Positions 1 through 11,308 of a DNA stretch of 64,000 nucleotides are shown in pieces. The notes under the pieces are model-generated. The model searched no databases and was not told the origin of the DNA. It saw only the letters and a program-made list of their open reading frames with translations. The first letter of the stretch is position 1, and each line of letters begins with the position of its first letter. Source of the stretch: Phoronis australis (Eukaryota; Animalia; Phoronida); the NCBI GenBank assembly GCA_002633005.1, contig NMRA01000001.1:376625-440624 (forward strand), written 5' to 3'. The position numbers and the translations under genes are program-made.

Positions 1-630
1 ACGATTCTGGGTTTAGCAATCCGTGACTGGATATAAGTTTATTACAGAGAGATTCTATGGAAACAGTGCCCAAACTTTTTGCTGATATCTAATTGAGTTT
101 GCTTGGGAAACGAAACTTTGAATAGGCCTGCTCAATTTTATCGCGAGTGAACGCTGCAGCACGCGTTGCGAATAAAGATTATTCAAAGTGGCTTACCAGG
201 CGTGCGTTCAGTAAATTCTAGGACCTATGTTAGTACCTAGCTAAAACCTAATCAAAGTCACGTGTTCTCATTTAAAATGCATGGCAATATCTCACGTAAT
301 CTCGCGAAGTCTTGCTTTTTAGCGAGGTGCTAGCGTTACTGAACGGGAGGCAGGTTATTTCGTAGAACAGCACGGTTTTCAATTTGAAAAGGCGCATCGA
401 GTTGTGGTTGCTATAAATTCTGATAGGGGCATTTCCAGCACCTGCTGTAAAAGTGTTTGAATTCATTGTTGAAAGGCTTTCCTTTCAATTAGACTTTCTT
501 TTAAGCTCAAACAGACCACGGGTACTTTCCAAGACGACACCAACTTGAATTCATTTTTCACTTAAGATTTGTCTCAACCTCCAAGCTTTGAAACTTCTAA
601 ATCCTATCAATTTTCTTGGACACGACTTAC

Positions 631-700
631 ACATCTTAAAATTGACTTAGGTTTGTCATAGCTTAGTTAGCTGTTCATGGAACGGGCGCCATCTTAACAA
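631..700 (-). other. Possible first exon of a divergent (minus-strand) transcript leaving the window
   Basis: Minus-strand YY1-like AAGATGGCGC (686-695), followed by short uORF-like ATGs and a consensus donor ATGT|GTAAGT ending at 631. A second donor CCTG|GTAAGC lies at 197. No recognisable protein. Confidence 0.3.
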
Positions 701-2129
701 GCATTATTTCACGCTTCCTTGTACTTCACAGGACTTAATTCCAAACGAGCAGGCGGCGGAAAAACGGCTGGCACGCAGCCGAAAACGCTAGCATCAAAAA
801 TAACAAACCCAACATCAGCACAAGCTCAAAACATAAAATTGACAGTTTTCAAATTTGAAGTTCCTGCCGCTCTTGGAAAAATATTAGCAGTTGTAAGATT
901 GGGGCTTCAGTTTCGGGAGCATCCGCGCACCCTGCCTAACATGAAAAGAATGGGCTTGAATTTTTGAGAATGTGGACCATTTAATGAGATTCACGGGGTA
1001 CGTTCAGAGCTATGAATTGTGTATTCGCCGAATTTTGGTATTACTGTCTTTTTAGTGGACTTTTTTCTCGTTCTGTTCTCGTTTCTGTTTCTCTGAGGCG
1101 CACCTTTTGCCCACTAAATTTCGCCAAGTGGGGAGCTCGTTCTAGACCCGGCGTCCTCCGAGCCCTCCTGGGTGCGCGTATGGGGAGAATCATTCTGTAT
1201 GGGTGATTCTGTTTTTAAGCATGAGTAGAGCTTACTGTTAAGTAAAACCATTTATGTCAAACTAGCGATCATGCATACCGTATAATCACGAAGCGGCGTA
1301 CTGTGATAATTCCAATTTACCAAATCCCAGATACAAGCCACTGAACTCTAGGTGAAATAATCAATTCATTTTTTTGGAGTCAGACCTTTTTAAAGTGTAA
1401 CGATTATCAATATATATATCAATTCGCCTCGCCCCCGTTCATCATTCCCAACCAGGCGAGAAGTTATACGGAACCGTGGTATATACGTCCGTAACAAGGC
1501 ACAGAAATAGTGTCCCTGATAGAAATATTGTACGCGAGATGGAGAATTCTGTGTTCCCTGTACCTGAATAAGTGTGTAGCGTATTTTCACAAGATTTTTC
1601 TTCTTAAATGTCCCACATGCAAGCCCATGCGCCTTACCTCAGCAATTATGAGCATCTCCAAAATTAGGCGCATGCACAATATTGCGGGGATTTACGGCAA
1701 AAGACCTATTTTTACAAATGCTATCGTGTAGGCTATGGATTATCCAGGGTGCAAAATGAAATATCGATTCATAATGTTAGCCATATATTCATGTTCTTTC
1801 GAATTGCCGACTGCTCTTACTGTTGAGCTTAGTCTTGCGTATTTGGGCCTGCAGCACTGACTCAAATTGTCACAGTTTTGAAGTTGTGACAATTTGGCTC
1901 CGTCTTTGCATCATTCAGTACCGCTGAGTGAATTTGTCTTTAGTGTAAACAAACACTCATCATTCAAAAACACATCTCCTAATAAACAAACACTAAACTG
2001 CTACCAGAAGTTCACAGAGCACTTCCGGACTAACGAAACCCCAGCGCATCACATTTCTGTTGCACCGCCGGGCAATCATGACGTTACTTTGTGCTTGTGA
2101 CTGTCTCCCGGTTGCAGTCAGTGTTTTCA

Positions 2130-2570
2130 TTTGTTACCACCAGGTGTCTCTATTAGTTGTTAAAAAATTCAAGATGGCTGGTCGTTAGAAGTTGTACTCA
2201 AATTCTTTGTTCCAGAATTAGTAAATTATGAAATAGAGCAAACCTATCGTGACGAGTTGCACAGCTCCTGTGTACACGTCTTGTTTTTTGAAACTTGAAA
2301 GTTTTCAAATGGAGTCTAAAGTATGGTAAGTTGCTGAACAGGAGAGAAGAACGGCAGACGTTCATACGTCACTGTCACTGACAGTGTCAGTGAGACGGTA
2401 ACCAACCATGAATTACACATAAATTACGATAGCATAAGTTGTGGTACTGCGAATATATGGTAAACGTCGATCAGACGGGTCCCTCTTCACTTCGAAATGG
2501 CTGCTGGGAACCAGTTTTCATTGAATAACATTATTAATTGAAGACTGGTTCATGGCAGCCATTTTGTAGA
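2130..2570 (+). promoter_or_regulatory. Putative KHDC4 promoter/5' region with YY1-like and CTCF-like motifs
   Basis: CAAGATGGC at 2170-2178, AAATGGCTGC at ~2496, GCAGCCATTTT at ~2555 and CCACCAGGTGTC at ~2137, all around the first coding exon. Motif match only. Confidence 0.35.
2309..2325 (+). CDS. KHDC4: KHDC4 exon 1 (MESKVW)
   Basis: ATG GAG TCT AAA GTA TG|gtaagt; phase 2 joins exon 2 in frame. Confidence 0.7.
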
Positions 2571-3599
2571 GGGACTCGTCTACATTTTTCGAATATAACT
2601 GCATTATACAATTGAAGATTCGCACATTTTACGATTAAAATCAAGCCATTCCTCATTTGCTTTTCAAACCTAGCAATTGACTTGAGAAATTACGTATTTC
2701 ACTTCTGATTGGCATTCAAGTAACTTGATGTCATGAGGTTAAAATCTATGAGCATACTAATAAGAAATAAGATCGTGCAAACAACTTGATTTATCATTGT
2801 TACATAGAGGTGAAAAGAAGCAAATTATTTCCAGGTGAGACTGTTCATGATTCCATGACTATCTAACGGATTTTGACTTGTTTAGCTCTAGCACACTCAG
2901 CAAGTGTTTTGCATTCACATTGGTAATTTTTTTTCCGATTTACGTCCATTTAGCAGAAAAGTTTTGATAGACCTTCAGCTCTGTTTGTGCTAATGCATTG
3001 GTTACACAGATAGGTGTCCTAACTACTATCGTTGCTGCACGTCAAGCAAATTGAATGAACATTGGTTGTTCAAGTTTAACCCCTGAATATCAGATTCAAT
3101 ATTTTCTGAACGGTGTTAGTGGAGTATTGGGTACTACTTGTAGTCAAATAGACTTTCCCTGATTTCGAAATTCATTTAGGTAATCACTGATTTGCGTTCA
3201 CTGCGTCATTCAGGGGTGAAACTGGTTCTTGGAATCAAAGATCTCAACAGTCCCTGCTAGTGAAGACAGCCAGTACCTCTTTTTGACATGTCAATGGATT
3301 ACTCTAGTCTGGATTTCCGTTTTAAAAAAAATATGTTCTTGTTGTAAAATCATAAACATAGTTACTTGCCAAGGGACATTTGTCTTTTGGCCAAATGGTT
3401 TGTACACATGACACGAGGGGGTTAACTGGTTTGATACCCAGTTCAGTTCAATGACTTTCACAACAGTGTGCGGTACTCCCAATATGCTNGGGGGGCATGT
3501 GCTCCCAAATAATATGGCATCCCAAGTGGTATCAACTTAGATCACATGTATCTGGCTTGTTTGAGACAATGTCAATTTACTGCGTGTCTCGTCCGGCAG

Positions 3600-3750
3600 G
3601 GGAAGGCAGACCAAGTGGGACTCCCAACATCAGCCTCGCAGCAGCTTAGAGGCTGCGGCGGAGGCAGCCTCCAAGGTCAATGCCATGTTGATAGCCAAGG
3701 GTAAGCTGAAGCCCTCACAGTTGTCACAGCAACCGGTGTCGAAACCTAAG
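3600..3750 (+). CDS. KHDC4: KHDC4 exon 2
   Basis: cag|G GGA AGG CAG ACC AAG TGG GAC...AAAEAASKVNAMLIAKGKLKP...AAG|gtgagt. Confidence 0.92.
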
Positions 3751-4064
3751 GTGAGTGTCAGTAGGGAAGGTGGCCACACAACAGGGGACTCTTTAATTGT
3801 TTCACAGGCAAGTACGACTTTCAACGAATTGCCCATTCACTGCCAAACTTTCTGATTTTAGATACCTATCTGTTCTTAAACTGGGTAATCCTCAATTTTA
3901 TGAGAGTGTATCGTATGCGGAATATTTTGTTTTATTGTTATGAATAAATTACTCAAAGCGTGTCATGCAGTTCATCAATATTCAAGCCGCGTCTAGATTG
4001 AAGTTTAGTGAACAAAGGTCGGGTATTCTGTGGCCTTATGCATAAGTTTTTTCCTTCTCTTCAG

Positions 4065-4169
4065 GCCAGTCAGCCGTCGCAGAGTAACCTGGTGGTGGCT
4101 GAGGTAGATATCAACGATGTTCCCATACAGTGCCGCAACATGTTGACCCGGGGTTTCACTCAGGATGAG
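4065..4169 (+). CDS. KHDC4: KHDC4 exon 3 (start of KH-like domain 1)
   Basis: [35 protein letters not shown]; ttcag|..|gtaagg. Confidence 0.93.
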
Positions 4170-4736
4170 GTAAGGCCAGCGTTATAACTTAAATCTTACC
4201 ATATATATATGTGTATTTGGAGACTTCCATGTAAGGAATAACGACCCCTTAACATGACGTTGATTGGTTGTTCAGTTTGAAACTAACTATTAAGAGAATT
4301 ATTCTTAAATGGAAAAAAATGAATGGAAAATATAAGATGTGTATACACATTTATACAAGGATTAGCCTCCTATGTCTATAAGTGGAGACTAGCTGCAATG
4401 CCCAGTATGCGAAACGCACGAGCCAAGATTTTATTTGAAGAAGTGCATTACTTTGAGTGGAAGATTGAAATCATACAGTTATACTAAGTGCCAATTTGAC
4501 CAAGCTTGATAGATGTTATTCAGTAAATCTCACTGCGCACCAGTGGAGGATTTTGGCTTTTTTCTGGTATTGTAGTCTGTTGATTGCTTGTAATGGTGTG
4601 TTGGCTATTGAGGATTATATTACTGTTGTATGGGGGCGCATGGTTACAAACTAACAAAGCTTGAATACTCAGAGGCAGTTGTAGCATCTCAATCACTTTC
4701 TTGGCTCTATAATTTTGCATTTGTTGGTTTCTCTAG

Positions 4737-4816
4737 ATTTCCAAAATGAGTGGCGCAGCCGTGTCCACTAGGGGGCGCTTCATGTCACCTGAGGACAGGG
4801 CCAAGAACAACATGGG
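4737..4816 (+). CDS. KHDC4: KHDC4 exon 4
   Basis: ISKMSGAAVSTRGRFMSPEDRAKNNMG; ctag|..|gtgagt. Confidence 0.93.
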
Positions 4817-5200
4817 GTGAGTAAGGTTTTGTTACCATAGTAAGGCTGGGTGGAAATAATTTATTTTTGGGAAATTTTAAAATTACTTTTAGCTGTGTTC
4901 GCTTGAGAAATTTTGTGTCCGAGGAGTTTTAGTTGTGTACATTTTAGTTTCTTGTTTTTTTTGAGTAAGAACGTCTGAGTGAGAGAGAGTTGTAAAGTGG
5001 CTTAACACTATTACATTGCAACTCTGAGCCATGAGCATCGTGAAGTAAAATTTTTCCTGAATTCCCACGAGAAGGTTGTGATTGTCACAGGACATGTATA
5101 TTGTTTTTTATCGTACATCAGTTAAACACATTGTTGGTGAGCTTGTCTAAGTCTTGTCTTCAGCTTTGTATTTGATTTCATTGTCTGTTTTGTTATTCAG

Positions 5201-5253
5201 GGAGCGACCTCTGTACCTGTGCATTCAAGGAAGTACACAAGAAAGTGTGGATC
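5201..5253 (+). CDS. KHDC4: KHDC4 exon 5
   Basis: ERPLYLCIQGSTQESVD; ttcag|..|gtgagt. Confidence 0.93.
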
Positions 5254-5844
5254 GTGAGTACTTCGAGTTTCTAGTCTTCTAATTCTCCTAACTAGCATTG
5301 TAAATTATTAGCGCTGAAATTCTCCCCGTAACTGAGGAATTACGTGAAGGTGTGTGAATCTTCTGACGTCCACACTTTGTATAATTTATTTGGCACAGTT
5401 GAGACGACCTTACTGCTCAATGTGAGATGTTTGATACATATTGCAAGAAGTTAATCACTCGGCAAATTTCTTGCGGGCTAGGCAAGATCACGCTGTGCCA
5501 CGCAAGATCATGTTCGTCCAGTCTTTCACGAGTAACCTCACGATCTTACAATTTAGTGTTAATTTAGCAAAATGGCCGACTATGAAGGGATTAGTTTTCG
5601 AGGATGTAGTGTTGAATTGTGGGAGATAACTGTAACTTAACACTATATGTATTCCATTATCCACAAATTTCTCTCCTCCAGCGTCATGGGAGTGTCTTGT
5701 GTCATGTAACATGCACGTGACTATGTCGGCTATTTAAGGCCCTTGACACATCCTTTTGATCTTTTTTTTAAATTAGTGTCATTAACACATTTGCAGTATA
5801 CTATGTCCAAGCCTCACTGTCACCAACATTTCTTCTCCCTCTAG

Positions 5845-6098
5845 TGGCAGTTCATCGAATCAAGGAGTTAATTGACCAGGGCCTGCATAAAACTCCGGGG
5901 ACAAAGCCGTCTCGGTTCAGCAAGCTGCCCGCCGACTTCCAGCCCAGCGTTCCACCGCCCACTCTGTCAGAGTTGGGCAAGCCACCCGGGCTGGGCTCTG
6001 GCCTGGCTCCTGGCCTGGGCCCTGGCCTGGGCCCTGGCCTGGGCCCTGGGCCGACGGGACCACTCCCACTATTGTCACTTAATACACCGCCCACTGGG
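5845..6098 (+). CDS. KHDC4: KHDC4 exon 6 (AVHRIKELI plus GPGL repeat linker)
   Basis: AVHRIKELIDQG..., GPGL repeats; ctag|..|gtaagg. Confidence 0.9.
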
Positions 6099-6596
6099 GT
6101 AAGGATATCTGACTGTGATGCTGGTAAAACAAAGTTTGCTATCGGATTGTGTTCTCATATCAGCAAGTAGCTGGTAACCAGGGCAACAAATGTGCCTGGA
6201 TGAATGGAAGAAATCTTCATCGTAGTACAGTAGTCAAAGTGAATTGGACAGCGTCGAAATTACGGCACTCACAAACCTGCTAGTAAACGTCCATTTCTAT
6301 TCCAAAATGTTTCAATGTTGGCAAATTCTCAACATAATGTCGACTCCACACACTATGTCAAAATCGTGTCAACCTACCTTGCAAGTCCTTTAAAAAATAA
6401 ATGGTTAAAGGCTATGCATTATACGTCACATTCAACCTTGATAAAAGTCTGCGAAAAGTACCATTTTATTGACTCAGGTGCCAAATAGTTTTGGAAAGAG
6501 GTTCGCCTATGTTTACCAGTTCGTCAGAATTGTTTTGAAATCTGCCTGGTTCATTTTTGAAGGCAGTCAGGACGGTAGTTTTAAGATTAAAGGGAG

Positions 6597-7718
6597 ATTG
6601 TGAGTGGACTCCCCGGACTCAAAGCTAGTGTAACTATCGTGTTGGGACACATTGTGAGTGGACTCCCCGGACTCAAAGCTAGTGTAACTATCATATTGGG
6701 ACGCATATGAATTTCATTGGCTAGTCTTGCTTGACGCTATCCTCCCGTTTTCGGATGGATTCGACTTAGTTTGCGCCACCTAGTGGCCATTTTTACTGTT
6801 TTCGAGTCTGTTTTTTTGCGTCCACCCCTCTATCAATCAAACCGCTTAAAGGATGATTGTGAAAATTGGCATGTATGTGCTTACTATAAAGAGGACGGTT
6901 GACGATGATTTTCCGACGATTTCGAATACTGTGGCGTCTCCTAGTGGCAGTTTTGTTTTTGTTGTGACTATGGCTGTATCTCCTAAACCGTTCGCAGGAT
7001 CTTTACTTAATATAGCACTTGTATTTATATGATGTTGACTATGGATGACGACGACTTTCGGACAAATCTGACTACTGCTGTGCCCCCTAGTGGCAATTTT
7101 AGCTTTTTACGTTTAACTCAGTATCTTCAAAGGTCCTCAACAGATTTTCATAAAATTTTAAATGTTGGCATCTATTGGTGTGATGATGCTATCTTCCTGT
7201 TTATGGATGGAATCGAGCTATTTTGCACCACCTAGTGGCCATTTTTGCTGTTTTCAAATCTTGTTTTTGGTGTCCACCCCTGTATCAACCAAATCATTTG
7301 AAAATTGGCATATATGTTCTCAGTGTGAAGACGACCTTTGATGATGGTGACTGACTACTGTGGTGCCTCCTAGTGTTAGTTTTGTTTTACGCCCATAGTT
7401 GTATCTCTTAAACCCACTGCAGGGTCTTTACTAAATTTAGTAAGTGTATTTATATGAAGATAACAACAGACGACGACTTTCGGGTGGATGCAACGGACAC
7501 AGTGCCCACAAGTGGCAATTTCATTTTATTCTGTTTTCCTTTGTTTCTCTGAAGTTCCTTGACAGATTTTTATGAAATATGGCATGTTCCTGTTTTTGGA
7601 TGGATTGTATGTTTTTGCACCATCTAGTGGCCATTTTTATGATACAAATAAATAACCCTAAAAGCATACCATTTGCAATGCATTCGTGGGCGCATTTCAA
7701 CGCTCCGCGTTGCTTTTG
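6597..7718 (+). mobile_element. Non-autonomous repeat element, Helentron/HINE-like, with internal ~110-160 bp tandem subunits
   Basis: A 54-bp unit is duplicated at the 5' end (6597, 6651). Seven related subunits each contain a CC..CTAGTGG-type core (~6773, 6933, 7080, 7224, 7362, 7502, 7616). A 3' hairpin CAACGC-tcc-GCGTTG lies at 7698-7712, followed by a T-run. Family assignment is inference from architecture. Confidence 0.5.
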
Positions 7719-7756
7719 TACAGAAGGGATTCTAAGCTTCGGACTTTATTTATCAT

Positions 7757-7945
7757 TGGAGGGGAATTTGTAGGCCTAGTGAGGGGGATTTGTGACCCTG
7801 GTGAGAGGAATTTGTGGGCCTGGTGAAGGGAATTTCTGGGACTGGTTAGGGGGAATTTCTGGGCCTGGTGAAGGAAATTGCTGGGCCTGGTGAGAGGAAT
7901 TTTTGGGTTTGTCACAGTAATTTTTGGGCATGGTGAGGGGAATTC
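7757..7945. repeat. G-rich 22-bp minisatellite, ~9 degenerate copies
   Basis: Unit ~GGTGAGAGGAATTTGTGGGCCT, period 22 (7801 to 7823). Confidence 0.85.
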
Positions 7946-8209
7946 CATGTGATTTTTTGACATTTTTCATGGGGGAATGGAGGCCAATGTTTGACCCCAA
8001 AATCGAGGCATTGAGAGCCCTGTAAGATGAAGAAAACTAGCAATTCACATGCTGCTCATAGTAGGTCAAATCTTATTTAGGTAAAATCTTTCTTAGTCTG
8101 ACCTATTCCTCATGAACCATTTTTTCAACTTGTCAACAATGTGTCGGGCATGACTGGAGTGTTCTTTGACTTAATTGTGTGGGATCTGCAATAGTGACTT
8201 TTGTTACAG

Positions 8210-8296
8210 CTTGCGTTCGTGCAGGACAAAGTGTTTGTTGGACTGGAACACGCCCCGCCCACTTTTGATGTCAAGGGCAAGGTCAACGGACCAGGG
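8210..8296 (+). CDS. KHDC4: KHDC4 exon 7 (start of KH domain 2)
   Basis: [29 protein letters not shown]; acag|..|gtaagc. Confidence 0.94.
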
Positions 8297-9180
8297 GTAA
8301 GCAGAGGTCATACTGCAGAGTTGTGTCTTCACTGTGACTCACTGCTTAGCAGAATTAAGCCGATGTTTTTGAAAATCCGTTCTTTCAAATTAATTTGAGT
8401 TCGTTTTACCTACAATCTATTTCGTTTCAAGTTAAAAGACTCGGGTCACAATAAGTTATAGTTTGTACTTGGTAACGCCTTCGCCGAGCGACTTTTTATT
8501 CTGTTTTCTTTGGACTACCCAGATACGCTGTCACTCCTTTACTGACACAAGGTAGCACAGTTTTTACACTAACACTAGCATGTCCAATAATTGGTGAAGT
8601 AGTCTTCTCATGTGGTGGTACCTTGCCAAGAGAAAACAACCATCAAGGAAAGGCCGATAGCAATAGTTTTGAACCTCCACTGTTATTCACATTGGAAGTA
8701 TGTATCTGCTTAGGTTATCATAGCAATTTGAATATAGCACCAATGTTAGGACGGTTGTTTGCAACTGAGGGTCCCGCGGTGACGTAAATCAAAGTCAGGC
8801 AATAAACATTTATTTATCATAATGATTCATTATGTTTGGCAATTTATGACCTCGGTGTCGTCAGACAAGTGCTTTTCATATATTGTGAGAACGAATTCTA
8901 CGTGTTTTATAGTTCAAGGTGGGATTTAAGTATCTGTGTTACGAATTTAACAGACAGTGTTTGACATTTTGTTTTTTGATTTTATTGATGGCAATGTTCA
9001 GAAATTTTGATTTTGCAGGAACCGCTCATGAAACACCTGTTAGATGTGGTATGTTTAAAAAATGCCGTGTCCCAAAGTGCACTCACACTTCAGGACAGAA
9101 CGAACTATGGTGAAGTGAGAAATATGTCTTATTTATAAATTTTTTAATTAAAGTTAAGCACTACTATTTTTTAATTGTAG

Positions 9181-9305
9181 GGAAGTTTCCTACAGCATAT
9201 TATGAACGAGACAGGGGCCAAGCTGACCTTGAGAGGTAAAGGGTCAGGGTTCATTGAACCCATGTCGGGTCGAGAGGCCATGGAGGCTCTTCATGTTCAC
9301 GTTAC
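9181..9305 (+). CDS. KHDC4: KHDC4 exon 8
   Basis: [41 protein letters not shown]; gtag|..|gtaagt. Confidence 0.94.
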
Positions 9306-9646
9306 GTAAGTGGAGAGAAATTATTTCTGACAATAAAATAAACAATTAAGTCTGTCATAGGCTTCATTGTCAAAGTAAGCTGTCATCAAAGATTTCTTGA
9401 GCAGTGGACAGTTGCTTGTTTTTATTGCTCATTTAATGATTAGTAATTAATAATGTCCAGTTTTGTGGTCAGATTGAATTAAAGAATAGTTTGTTGTCCC
9501 ACAAAGTTCAATTCTTTAGTTTATTTTGTACATACTGAGCTAAATGTTCAGTGTAATGTGCGCGCCTGAGCGACCTGGGCACATATGATACAATGTGTAG
9601 CAGACCACCTGCAATTATTTTTTTATGTAAATGCCAAGACTTGCGG

Positions 9647-9757
9647 ATAAGGTGTCACATAATTATAAGGTCTCACATAATGATAAGGTCTCACGTAATG
9701 ATAAGGTCTCACGTAATGATAAGGTCTCATGTAATGATGAGGTCTCACATAATGATA
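9647..9757. repeat. 18-bp minisatellite x6
   Basis: ATAAGGTCTCAC(A/G)TAATG repeated. Confidence 0.9.
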
Positions 9758-9852
9758 AATGTTCATCCTATTCCCTGATGCAAGTTCTCCTTACCGTAAA
9801 AGTTTTCAATGGTTTTCCTAGTCAACCTGCATTTGTATTGTTTTATTTCCAG

Positions 9853-9913
9853 CCACCCCACAGTAGCTGGCCTTCAGCAAGCAGTCGCCCTCGCCAGGAA
9901 TTTGATCGAGACG
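9853..9913 (+). CDS. KHDC4: KHDC4 exon 9
   Basis: HPTVAGLQQAVALARNLIET (cf. [20 protein letters not shown]); ccag|..|gtaagc. Confidence 0.92.
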
Positions 9914-11083
9914 GTAAGCATCCTGTGGTTGATTATTTGCGTACTGCCTAACCTCTGAATGTGAGACATTAACCAATCGTGATTGGTCATAATTGCGTTC
10001 AGACTTTGATTGATGATTGGTCACCTGAATTTAGGGACACCTGGTGGAGCATAAAGATAGTGCTGCCTCACTGGGGGCGAGGTATTGAGACATTGGCTTT
10101 TTAATTTTGAAAATTTGAAGAGCCCTGTTTTGTGTTCCCATGAATGAGACATTTTGCATTAAGGTGAACAATAGTGCTCATGTTTTTAGCTATTTGGCCT
10201 CAGGCACAAAGTAAAATTGTCTGAAGTTGTTTTTGTGATCAAAACACGTTTTAGTTCTATTCTCTTAAATTTACAAAGAATTTTCTGTTTTACAACTTTA
10301 GTTCACATTCGCGTTGTAGATTTTAGACTTGCAAGGAACTGTTTTGTGACTTTGAGATGACAGTGGTTAGAAGCAAGTGATTGCTCGCAGTAGTCTTGTA
10401 ACACTGTCACGAAATATCTAATAGGTGTTGGCTACATGTACCGATACAAATGTTTTAACATTTAGAAACCATCATGAGAGTTGTCGCCATTGATAGCTGT
10501 ATGTTAGCCTTGTCACGGTGTGAATAGTAATGTTCATATTTTAGTGCATTGTTCATCACGTAATGGCGGTCGAGGGTTTGAACGGCGATTTGTTTAGAGT
10601 TCATTTGTAGGTCTTCCTCAGTTGCCGGAGTAGTCAAAATGATGTTCACGTGTCGTCAGCTTACCTCTCTCGGTCTCTGTGTAAAATCGTGTTTGTCAAC
10701 TTACCACGATGTCGTGATAGTTCTCTGACCAAAACACAACAATTATCTGGTTGCATTTAGAGGTTGTGTGTAACGCGGTACAATTAACAAATGCATTCAT
10801 GCGTGGCTCAAATTACCGTTGAATTGGATATGCAGGTGCATTTGCTTTGAAATCTTAGCAGAAATAGGTATTTTGTACCACCCATTTCATGCTTTATTGT
10901 ATTTATAACCAAGGGTCTGCTTCACTGAGAAGTTGCACTGTGACTTGCAATAGAGCTTAACATTAAGTCAATGTTTCACTGAAAATGAACGTTTGGAGGC
11001 TTTCTCTGAACATAGCTTTTCATTTCAACTAGTGTTTTGAATCTATGAAAGAAGTTGTACCTGAATGGTTGCCACAAAAGCCA

Positions 11084-11308
11084 TAAGTCATTAAGTTAAG
11101 CAAGCCCCTGGTTGCATACTTCTGAGGTTGAAGTCACAGAACATGCTATTTCTGATTTAAGTCATTAAGTTAAGCAAGCCCCTGGTTGCATACTTCTGAG
11201 GTTGAAGTCACAGAACGTGCTATTTCTGATTTAAGTCATTAAGTTAAGCAAGCCCCTGGTTGCATACTTCTGAGGTTGAAGTCACATAACATGCTGTTTC
11301 TCATTTAA
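11084..11308. repeat. 74-bp tandem repeat x3
   Basis: TAAGTCATTAAGTTAAGCAAGCCCCTGG... starts at 11084, 11158 and 11232. Confidence 0.92.

Noticed and set aside
1864-2395. Short inverted repeats near the KHDC4 start (AAATTGTCACA/TGTGACAATTT; TCACTGACA/TGTCAGTGA)
   Set aside because: Real but short (9-11 bp) and no function can be supported
3076-3425. piggyBac-like TTAA-CCCC...GGGG-TTAA element
   Set aside because: Only a 4-5 bp terminal match; insufficient
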